NCBI GenBank assembly: GCA_046861645.1
Contig: JBHHUM010000035.1
Coordinates: 1-21,114, forward strand
Source of the DNA: Fidelibacterota bacterium
GTDB taxonomy: Bacteria > Fidelibacterota > Marinisomatia > Marinisomatales > UBA2128
Direction: 5' to 3'
Length of the DNA: 21,114 nt
The position numbers and the translations under genes are program-made. Numbering within the stretch: position 1 is the stretch's first letter; every line of letters begins with the position of its first letter. The notes beneath the pieces were generated by a model that made no database searches, had not been told where the DNA came from, and was given only the letters and a program-made list of their open reading frames with translations. Positions 6,646-14,000 of the stretch are shown in pieces.

Positions 6646-9522
6646 TTATTCTGAAAGTAGAATTTTCATAACCTCATTGTAGAACGCCCGTCGAACTCCC
6701 CACATCTCAGCTTTCCACTTCTCAAATTTTTCGGGAGTTTCTCCCCGGGATGGATACACATGGTTAGTGAGTAATATGACGGCAATCTTTCGGTTAGGGT
6801 CAATCCACATGGAGGTGCCAGTGAAACCAGTGTGACCATAGCTGCCAGGTGAGAAATAATCTCCTGCCAGACTTCCCTCTTCCGAGGGAGTATCCCACCC
6901 TAAAGTCCGCTCGCTGTCTAATGGTATTCCCTGTCGACGGGTGAACTCCTTAATAGTTGAACGTCTAAAATAGCGGCGTCCAGCAAAAAAACCTTCATCC
7001 ATCATCATCTGCGCATATCTAGCCAGATCCAATGCTGTGGAAAACAATCCTGCATGTCCGGCTACTCCTCCCAATTGCCATGCTCTTTCATCATGGACAA
7101 TACCACGTACAAGACCTCTTTGATATCTTCTGTCTATTTCCGTTGGTGCAATTCGGGGTAGTAACGAAGGATCAGGATTAAACATGGTACTTTTCATTCC
7201 TAAAGGACGAAAAATGTAGCTCTCCGCCAGGTTATCTAAAGATCTTCCGGTTACCTTCTTTATTATCTTTCCCAGCAGAATGGGACCGAAATCGCTATAG
7301 ATGTACTTCTCACCCGGTACAGCTACAAGCGGGCGTTCTATTATGCTGGTCAGGATTTCTTCACCAGATGACCCCAGGGGGAATTCATCATAGGCCTGCA
7401 GCCCCGCAGAATGTGTGAGCATCAGTCGAATAGTAATCCTCTCTTTATCACCTCCTGAAAATTCAGGAATGAAATCTTTGATAGGTTCATCAAGGGGTAA
7501 TATTCTCTGTTCTACTAATTTCATCACAACTGGTGTCGTGGAGGTTACTTTCGTCAAGGAGGCAACATCATAGATAGTCTCAGCAGTCACCGCTGGTGAA
7601 TTATTATCGTAAGTTTGCCCGCCGGCTTGATAAGACCAAACCAGCTTTCCCTCCCTGATTACGGCTACCTGAGCACCAGGGAAAACGGAATCAGAAATGG
7701 CTTTATCCAAAATGTCTCTGGCCAGAGTGAAATCAAAAGTATCAGTCGTCATGGGCAGGATTTGTGGTTTGGATCGCATTATACCGTAACCAGTTGGTAG
7801 ATTGGCGCTAAGTCTAACCGGCAATTTCCCACTAATTGAAGTGGCACCAAAAATAGCATCAGCCATGGCATATTGGGAAATACTTCCATAACTATAACCA
7901 CATAAATAGGTGTCCAATTCATCAACATCAGCAACATAAGGACTTCCAAAGGAGACGACCACCACTGGGAGGCCTGAATCCTGTAGTTTTGTTATCAGTC
8001 GACGGTGAGATTGGTCTATGGAAACTGTTCCAAGATTCATCCTCACGCGGATTAATAAGGTAACCAGTATAAAATCACTTTCTACAGCACTTTCAATAAT
8101 TTCATCAACCATCAGCTCTGTTAGCGGTTGATAATAAAACGAGGTTTCCACATTTCCATGGGTACGAGACACAAGCGATCGAAAGGTACTTGAATAAGAG
8201 AGCATGCCATCACTGGTGGCTAGAAGAATATGGGACATTTTACGGCTTTTTCCCACGGGAATGGGAATCAAATTATTTTCATCCTTAACCAGTGTAATAG
8301 ATTTAGATGCAATCCGGGAAGCTATCGACAGATGCTCGTTATTCCCTATGATTTCCTTTGCTTCTGACAGGGAGACGAATCGATTATCAAATAATCCTAA
8401 TTCCTCTTTGGCTGCCAATATTCTCGAGACTGATTCATTAATTCGAGCTTCAGAAATTCTCCCCTTTCTAACAGCTAAGGTCACTTCAGACATCGCCTTA
8501 TCTACATCCATGGGTAGAAGAACTATATCTGATCCAGCTTCAATTGCCCGGATAGCTGCTTCGCCAACCCAAAAAGATTCCGTGATTCCTCCCATCTCCA
8601 GAGCATCAGTTACAATAAGACCCTGGTAACTTAATTTATCCCGTAAAAGGTCGTGACTCAGTGCAGGGGACAACGTAGCAGGAAGGCGAGTATCATCTAA
8701 AGACGGAACCGCAATATGAGCCGTCATTATCATTTTAACCCCAGCATCCACTGCTTTGCGGAAGGGAACCAGATCAATAGCTTCAAATTCTTCACGTCCT
8801 GCTGTAATTACCGGTAATGATGTGTGAGAATCCGTACCGGTGTTGCCATGACCTGGAAAATGTTTAGCAGTCGTAATTAAACCATTTTCCTGGGCACCTC
8901 TTATGAATTCCACTCCGAATTTAGAAACGGTTTCAGGAGAATCGCTGTAGGATCTGAAATTAATGATGGGGTTATCAGGATTACTATTCACATCCATCAC
9001 AGGAGCAAAAGTGATATGGACACCTGTTGCTCTGGCTTCTCTAGCGGTTATCTTGCCTTGTTGATAGGCAAGTTCCGGTTCTCCGGTTGCCGCTAAAGCC
9101 ATATTGGAAGGAAAAAGAGTCCCTGTATCCAACTGTTGACCTACACCTCGTTCATAGTCAGCAGCCACAAAAATAGGAATTTTTGCTAATGACTGCAGTT
9201 CATTGACATTGGAAATAGTACCGTGGATGTTACCAAAAAACTGGATGACACCTCCTATACCCCTCTCCTTTACTAATCGTTTGACTTCCCGGTAAGTATA
9301 ATCGGAACTGTTGTAAAAATTACCAGAATACCTAAGCATGAACATCTGTCCGACCTTTTCTTCTAAGGTTAGGTCCTCTAAAGAGGGTGGTCCCTTGATT
9401 TCTTCTGGTGGTTGAACCTTTATCTCCTCGGGAGGAGGTCCAGTAACTACTTCAGGAAGTGGCTTTACTGCACATCCTGCAATAAATAAAATCTGGATAA
9501 GACTTAAAAATAATTTTTGCAT
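6646..9522 (-). CDS. Lipoprotein: GH3 beta-N-acetylglucosaminidase (NagZ-type) fused to a C-terminal beta-lactamase-family serine hydrolase (AmiE-like)
   Basis: Lipobox IAGC. GH3 motifs ADYERG, FAPVMDVN, KHFPGHGNTGTDSH (NagZ Asp-His motif) and nucleophile TDALEM, then a GH3 C-domain. Serine hydrolase motifs ASLTK (SxxK), LTHSAG, YSD, GVAGHAGLFS and GHTGFTG. AGGAGG RBS. Confidence 0.92.
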   Translation of the reverse strand: MQKLFLSLIQILFIAGCAVKPLPEVVTGPPPEEIKVQPPEEIKGPPSLEDLTLEEKVGQMFMLRYSGNFYNSSDYTYREVKRLVKERGIGGVIQFFGNIHGTISNVNELQSLAKIPIFVAADYERGVGQQLDTGTLFPSNMALAATGEPELAYQQGKITAREARATGVHITFAPVMDVNSNPDNPIINFRSYSDSPETVSKFGVEFIRGAQENGLITTAKHFPGHGNTGTDSHTSLPVITAGREEFEAIDLVPFRKAVDAGVKMIMTAHIAVPSLDDTRLPATLSPALSHDLLRDKLSYQGLIVTDALEMGGITESFWVGEAAIRAIEAGSDIVLLPMDVDKAMSEVTLAVRKGRISEARINESVSRILAAKEELGLFDNRFVSLSEAKEIIGNNEHLSIASRIASKSITLVKDENNLIPIPVGKSRKMSHILLATSDGMLSYSSTFRSLVSRTHGNVETSFYYQPLTELMVDEIIESAVESDFILVTLLIRVRMNLGTVSIDQSHRRLITKLQDSGLPVVVVSFGSPYVADVDELDTYLCGYSYGSISQYAMADAIFGATSISGKLPVRLSANLPTGYGIMRSKPQILPMTTDTFDFTLARDILDKAISDSVFPGAQVAVIREGKLVWSYQAGGQTYDNNSPAVTAETIYDVASLTKVTSTTPVVMKLVEQRILPLDEPIKDFIPEFSGGDKERITIRLMLTHSAGLQAYDEFPLGSSGEEILTSIIERPLVAVPGEKYIYSDFGPILLGKIIKKVTGRSLDNLAESYIFRPLGMKSTMFNPDPSLLPRIAPTEIDRRYQRGLVRGIVHDERAWQLGGVAGHAGLFSTALDLARYAQMMMDEGFFAGRRYFRRSTIKEFTRRQGIPLDSERTLGWDTPSEEGSLAGDYFSPGSYGHTGFTGTSMWIDPNRKIAVILLTNHVYPSRGETPEKFEKWKAEMWGVRRAFYNEVMKILLSE

Positions 9523-9530
9523 TTTCGATA

Positions 9531-9563
9531 CCTCCTGGATTCTATTCAGTTGATGGTATTATA
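9531..9563 (-). promoter_or_regulatory. Possible internal -10 box and RBS upstream of the GH3 fusion
   Basis: TATAAT (9563-9558) and AGGAGG (9536-9531) in the 71-bp gap, the only sizeable gap in the cluster. No convincing -35. Confidence 0.35.
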
Positions 9564-9593
9564 GAGTCCCCGTTCATATTTCTATTAATGTTC

Positions 9594-10697
9594 CTAAACA
9601 TATACCCGTTCGGTTCGACCGCCAATAGCTGTCATTAGCACATAGGAGGTTGAGTCAATATCCACAGCAATATCTTCAATTCTGATGCGGTTTGTTCTAT
9701 CATCTCCAAAGAGCAAAACTTCCTCACCTTTCTCAGGATATTCATCGCCGAAGTTTACCATGAACTGGTCCATACATACTCGACCAGCAATAGGATAATT
9801 TTTCCCTCTGTACCCGACATAACCATGCTTATACCAATTCCTTGGAAACCCATCCGCAAATCCAGTTTGGATTACAGCAATATTCGCATCCGAGTCCGGA
9901 GCATAAACAGAACCATAACTAATGGGAGTCCCAGCCGTTACTCTCCTTACTGCTACTATAGGCCCTTTCAAGTTCATGACTGGCTCCACTTCAATGCATT
10001 CTGTAGTTTCATCAGAAGGATAAGCTCCATACATCAACATCCCTACTCGAACGAGGTTAAAAAAAGAGGTAGGTAAATTTAGAACACCTCCACTGTTGGC
10101 AATGTGAAAATATTTCACTTCAAAATGCAACTTCTGGCATAACTCAATTACCTTGTTAAAACGTGATATCTGCAGTTGAGCATACGCAGGATCACCTTCA
10201 TCCGAAGTGGCAAAATGGGAGTAAATTCCTTCTAATTCTACCAAAGGTACGCTGATTAATTTCTTCAAAACTCGTTCTACTTCTTCGAAGGGAATACCCA
10301 GACGTGACATTCCCGTATCTACTTTTAGATGGAATTTAGGACCCTTACCAGTTTTGCTAATGAATTGGGTTACTAATTTAAAGTCCTCTTTAGATGAAAA
10401 ATTGAGTGTAAAGTTTTGCTCAAGTGCTGGTGCTAACATATCCTCAGTTATCCGACAGAAAATCATAATTGGTTTCTCAATACCGCTTCGACGGAGCTCC
10501 AATGCTTCAGCAAGTGTAAAGACCCCGAGATAAACAACATTTTCTTTCTGAAGTCTTTTAGCAACTTCAATAGCACCATGACCGTAGGCGTTAGCTTTGA
10601 CTACTGGCATGACCTTAGCCTCGTCTACATGGGCTTGAATCTTTTGCAGATTACGAACTAAACGATCCAGATGAATTTCAGCGATGGGATTATACAA
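9594..10697 (-). CDS. alr: Alanine racemase
   Basis: PLP lysine motif VVKANAYGHG, HLKVDTGMSRLG, SHFATSDE, ISYG and GRVCMDQ. Start placed at TTG 10697 (GAGGT 5 nt upstream; 8-bp overlap with the upstream stop) rather than 10724. Confidence 0.92.
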   Translation of the reverse strand: MYNPIAEIHLDRLVRNLQKIQAHVDEAKVMPVVKANAYGHGAIEVAKRLQKENVVYLGVFTLAEALELRRSGIEKPIMIFCRITEDMLAPALEQNFTLNFSSKEDFKLVTQFISKTGKGPKFHLKVDTGMSRLGIPFEEVERVLKKLISVPLVELEGIYSHFATSDEGDPAYAQLQISRFNKVIELCQKLHFEVKYFHIANSGGVLNLPTSFFNLVRVGMLMYGAYPSDETTECIEVEPVMNLKGPIVAVRRVTAGTPISYGSVYAPDSDANIAVIQTGFADGFPRNWYKHGYVGYRGKNYPIAGRVCMDQFMVNFGDEYPEKGEEVLLFGDDRTNRIRIEDIAVDIDSTSYVLMTAIGGRTERVYV

Positions 10698-11652
10698 ATT
10701 GAACCTCAATGTGCTCAAAGTCAACTGGAGTGTAATTGCTTGAAGACAGAACTAAGCCACCGTATACGGGAAGGTAGGCAGATACTACCCATTCCACAGA
10801 ATTAAATTCATAGCTAAGTGATATTTCCATGCACTTTCGGTAGAAAAGTGATTTCTTAATTACCGATCCAGTGCATCCTAACTTGAGTTCTCCCTTTTGT
10901 TTATTCATTTTCTCATATAGTTCTATAATTAGATCTGCTAAATAGTCTGCTCCCCGTCGTACCAGATGATTAGCAACCATATTTCCATTTTCAGCAGCAT
11001 TCAAGATTACCGGTGTGCCTGAAGCTATCACTGGGGGTGGAGTTTCATCTCCAGAAAGTTCAGTTAAAAGTTCCTCGTAGTCATTGAAACCGAAATGTTT
11101 TACCAGCGCATTCCTGAGCTGAATATCGTCATCATTTAGGGATCGTTCTTTTGTAATTAACTCCATCAATGCAGTTTTTACTAACCAGTAACCACTCCCC
11201 TCATCACCAATTTTATGACCTAAACCTCCTGTAAAATAGATATGACCTTTTTCATCTGTCCCGATACCGACTGAACCCGTACCAGATAGAATCGTGATTC
11301 CAGCATTAGTACCCCAAATACCTCTATGAGCTAATTCAGAATCGTTTATCTGCAAAATATGAGCATGGGGAAAGAGGATATCCAGTTTTTCCTGGAATGC
11401 CAGTCGATTTTGAGGATTTCCTCTTCCAGCCATTCCGGCGACGACTTCATCTACATCATCTCGAGAAACACCCAGCACCAATGTTGCCTTGTGGATCAAA
11501 CGGTCCAATTCATCCAGGCAATCTTTACCGGTTACATTTGGATTTGATCCCTTCCCCGAGACTATAACACCAGACGACAATGATCTTTGTAATAACAGGA
11601 GATCAGTTGAAGTAGCCCCTCCATCTATCGAGACCGTTAGTCCTTTAGCCAT
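10690..11652 (-). CDS. BadF/BadG/BcrA/BcrD-type ATPase; GlcNAc/MurNAc kinase (NagK/MurK-like)
   Basis: IDGGATST, GMAG, IND, SGTGS and GGLGHKIGDEGSGYW motifs of this ASKHA kinase family. Substrate inferred from context. Confidence 0.8.
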   Translation of the reverse strand: MAKGLTVSIDGGATSTDLLLLQRSLSSGVIVSGKGSNPNVTGKDCLDELDRLIHKATLVLGVSRDDVDEVVAGMAGRGNPQNRLAFQEKLDILFPHAHILQINDSELAHRGIWGTNAGITILSGTGSVGIGTDEKGHIYFTGGLGHKIGDEGSGYWLVKTALMELITKERSLNDDDIQLRNALVKHFGFNDYEELLTELSGDETPPPVIASGTPVILNAAENGNMVANHLVRRGADYLADLIIELYEKMNKQKGELKLGCTGSVIKKSLFYRKCMEISLSYEFNSVEWVVSAYLPVYGGLVLSSSNYTPVDFEHIEVQFV

Positions 11653-12106
11653 AAGTTTGCTTCAGATATTTTTTCAATTCATCAAAATCACCAAACACTT
11701 TTGTACTACAGCCAAGGATCCAGGAACTCACCTGTGACAATGGCATGCCAAGGACGAGATATACAGGAATGTCTCGATGATAAGCGATGGTCACTTCCCC
11801 ATGCGTACCAGCACCTTTCCTGACGGCACGGTCCCAATAGCAAATCAGATAATCAATATCAGAACATAACACATCCAAATCCCGATCGATAAAGCGACGT
11901 ACTACTTTAAGAAATCTCTCGTAATCAGTCATTTTCCAAGAACGAAAATTCTGCTGTTCTTCCGGGTCAATCAAAGTTGCATCCACATCAAGAGGATTGA
12001 ACACTTCATGATTCAGACTCCCGAGCAACCAGCGTGACATTTCCTCTCGCCATTTTTTACCTTCATCGGGAGCATTTTCTATGGCACCAGATAGATATAC
12101 TTTCAT
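11645..12106 (-). CDS. Nucleoside 2-deoxyribosyltransferase-like (NDT superfamily) protein
   Basis: MKVYLSGAIE, WR, VFNP, IDRDL and GAGTHGEVTIAY...IPVY pattern. Start placed at ATG 12106, which overlaps the upstream TGA (ATGA); 153 aa. Confidence 0.7.
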   Translation of the reverse strand: MKVYLSGAIENAPDEGKKWREEMSRWLLGSLNHEVFNPLDVDATLIDPEEQQNFRSWKMTDYERFLKVVRRFIDRDLDVLCSDIDYLICYWDRAVRKGAGTHGEVTIAYHRDIPVYLVLGMPLSQVSSWILGCSTKVFGDFDELKKYLKQTYG

Positions 12107-12852
12107 CGGGAGCGGACCTTTCGGAACTGAGATGCAGACAAAATCACCAAAATTGCTATTTCGATTATCACTAATAACCACGACCAATCAGAAAGACTGC
12201 CCTCAAGAAACAAACTCCTTCCCGCAGTCATCAATTGGGATGTCGGAAGCCATGAAAGTATTGATGCCAAGTTAGCCGGATAGACCATTATCGGAATCAG
12301 CCATCCAGAACTAAAAATGATAAAGAGAATTACAGTAAATAGTCCGAAAAAATGACTACTCCTGCGATGACCAGTTAAAAGCCATAAGCAGACCAGGCTT
12401 GAACCCAAAATACCCACAACTACCGCGAACATCAAGGTACCCAGTAGGGGTAGAATATCAGGTAAGTGTCCTACCAAAATTATCAAAATGATCATTCCCC
12501 CTAAAGTCCGAAATAGAATTTCAAATGCACTGGAAGCAATTAATGAAATAACTATTAAAAAACTTCCATTTGGTGATGCAGCAAGATTATCAACAAATCC
12601 AGTGGAAATACTACGCTGTAAATCACTCCAGAGTGGCAGGATGCCGGCTAAAAGAGCTATAATGAAAAGTAAACCCGGAAAAAGCCAATCATCGGTAATT
12701 CCACTCATCTCCGTGTGTAACCATGTACCCATACTCATCTCCAGAGTAAAATAAAGAGCCAGAGGAAATAAAAGAAGAGTGGCTAAATGACCAGTCCAGT
12801 GGTGACGAATGTGCCAGACGCGTCGTCTTAGAAAGAGAAATACTAACATCAC
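12103..12852 (-). CDS. ABC-2 type transporter permease
   Basis: About 6 transmembrane segments, 'LFPGL', 'ASP' and 'FSSGWLIPI..YP' resembling ABC-2 permeases; translationally coupled to the upstream ATPase. Confidence 0.75.
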   Translation of the reverse strand: MMLVFLFLRRRVWHIRHHWTGHLATLLLFPLALYFTLEMSMGTWLHTEMSGITDDWLFPGLLFIIALLAGILPLWSDLQRSISTGFVDNLAASPNGSFLIVISLIASSAFEILFRTLGGMIILIILVGHLPDILPLLGTLMFAVVVGILGSSLVCLWLLTGHRRSSHFFGLFTVILFIIFSSGWLIPIMVYPANLASILSWLPTSQLMTAGRSLFLEGSLSDWSWLLVIIEIAILVILSASQFRKVRSR

Positions 12853-13772
12853 TCTTCCAGAAGTTCGGTGGCAGATATCAATAAGGTATCCAAACCCACT
12901 TTCTCAGACTTATAATCTACTAGAGAAGATTGAATGGCAAGTTTCATTACATCAAAGAGTACCTGACGGTCTCGACCGTAAAAATCGAAGGTTTCACCAA
13001 TCCGCTCCGGGCGGACAACAGTGCTAATATTGGAAAGAATTTTCAACATATCATCAGTCAAGTCACGAAAGTGAATCTGGAAGTGGTGTAACTCCCCCGT
13101 AGTCTCTAAGAGGCGATCTAAGGTGCCATCCAGAACGGTTTTACCGTGATGGAGAATCATAATTCTATCATGCAGCCTTTCTGCTTCTCCAACCGATTGA
13201 GTAGCATAAACGATGGTTTTACTACCCCGTAGATTTTGAAAAAAGTCCCATACCATATACTTTCCTCTGACATCAAGGGAAGTGGTCGGTTCATCTAAAA
13301 AAAGTATAAGGGGATCATGAAGCAAGGTGCGTACCAACATGGCTCTCTTAAGATACCCCTGTGAAAGTTCATCGGGAAACTGATCCAGTACATCTTCAAT
13401 GTTTAGTACATTGGTCAATTTAGCAATCTGACTTTTAATTATACTATCCGACAGTTGATATAAAGCGCCTTGAAATAAAAAGTTTTCCCGGAGGGTAAGC
13501 TGAGGGTCGAAATTCGGTGTCTGTGGCATATAACCTACAATACGTTTAGTCTCAACAGGTCTCAATTGAACATCCATACCATTGATAAAGACGTTACCAT
13601 ACTCGGGTTTAGTCACCCCTGCCAGTACGCGTAATAAGGTGCTTTTTCCAGCATCATTTGGACCCACCAACGCCATAATGGACCCCCTTTCAATGCCAAA
13701 TGATAATCCTGCCAAAACCGAACGACCATCTAACAGTTTGCCAACTTTTTTAAGTGATACAGATGCTTCCAT
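12849..13772 (-). CDS. ABC-2 type ATP-binding protein (DrrA/NodI-like) with non-canonical motifs
   Basis: Walker A-like GPNDAGKST, Q-loop YMPQ, signature-like LSQGY, Walker B LFLDEPTTSLD, C-terminal extension. Confidence 0.88.
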   Translation of the reverse strand: MEASVSLKKVGKLLDGRSVLAGLSFGIERGSIMALVGPNDAGKSTLLRVLAGVTKPEYGNVFINGMDVQLRPVETKRIVGYMPQTPNFDPQLTLRENFLFQGALYQLSDSIIKSQIAKLTNVLNIEDVLDQFPDELSQGYLKRAMLVRTLLHDPLILFLDEPTTSLDVRGKYMVWDFFQNLRGSKTIVYATQSVGEAERLHDRIMILHHGKTVLDGTLDRLLETTGELHHFQIHFRDLTDDMLKILSNISTVVRPERIGETFDFYGRDRQVLFDVMKLAIQSSLVDYKSEKVGLDTLLISATELLEE

Positions 13773-14000
13773 TTTTTATCTACTATTTTCTATTATCCAA
13801 GTGACTTTTGGGGACTATTTTCATGTCATAATTTAATTCATTGACAATATGCATCTTTCGATTATCATTTAAACTCACTCCAATTGCAGTGTTAACTCCA
13901 ACATAACGATCAGAAATTTGATGATTTCTCAAATTTCATCTATCTTTTTTATAGCGCACTGCTCACCATCGGAAAATAAAAAACCCAAAATTATCAATCC

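Noticed and set aside
6646..7750. Beta-lactam resistance gene
   Set aside because: The SxxK domain is fused to NagZ in a PG-salvage context; an AmiE-like amidase/esterase is the simpler reading.
12062..12113. 12-bp direct repeat TTCATCGGGAGC, 40 bp apart
   Set aside because: Only two copies, in coding sequence, with no sign of an insertion; compatible with chance.
12107..12187. N-terminal extension of the NDT-like ORF given in the ORF track
   Set aside because: It overlaps the permease by 85 bp; ATG 12106 gives ATGA coupling and starts at the family's first motif.
13855..13873. Fur-box-like AATGATAATC on the minus strand
   Set aside because: Only about half the consensus matches, in AT-rich DNA, and there are no iron genes downstream.
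13784..13933. 49-codon TTG-start ORF on the minus strand between polA and the ABC gene
   Set aside because: No RBS and no recognisable motif; AT-rich intergenic composition.
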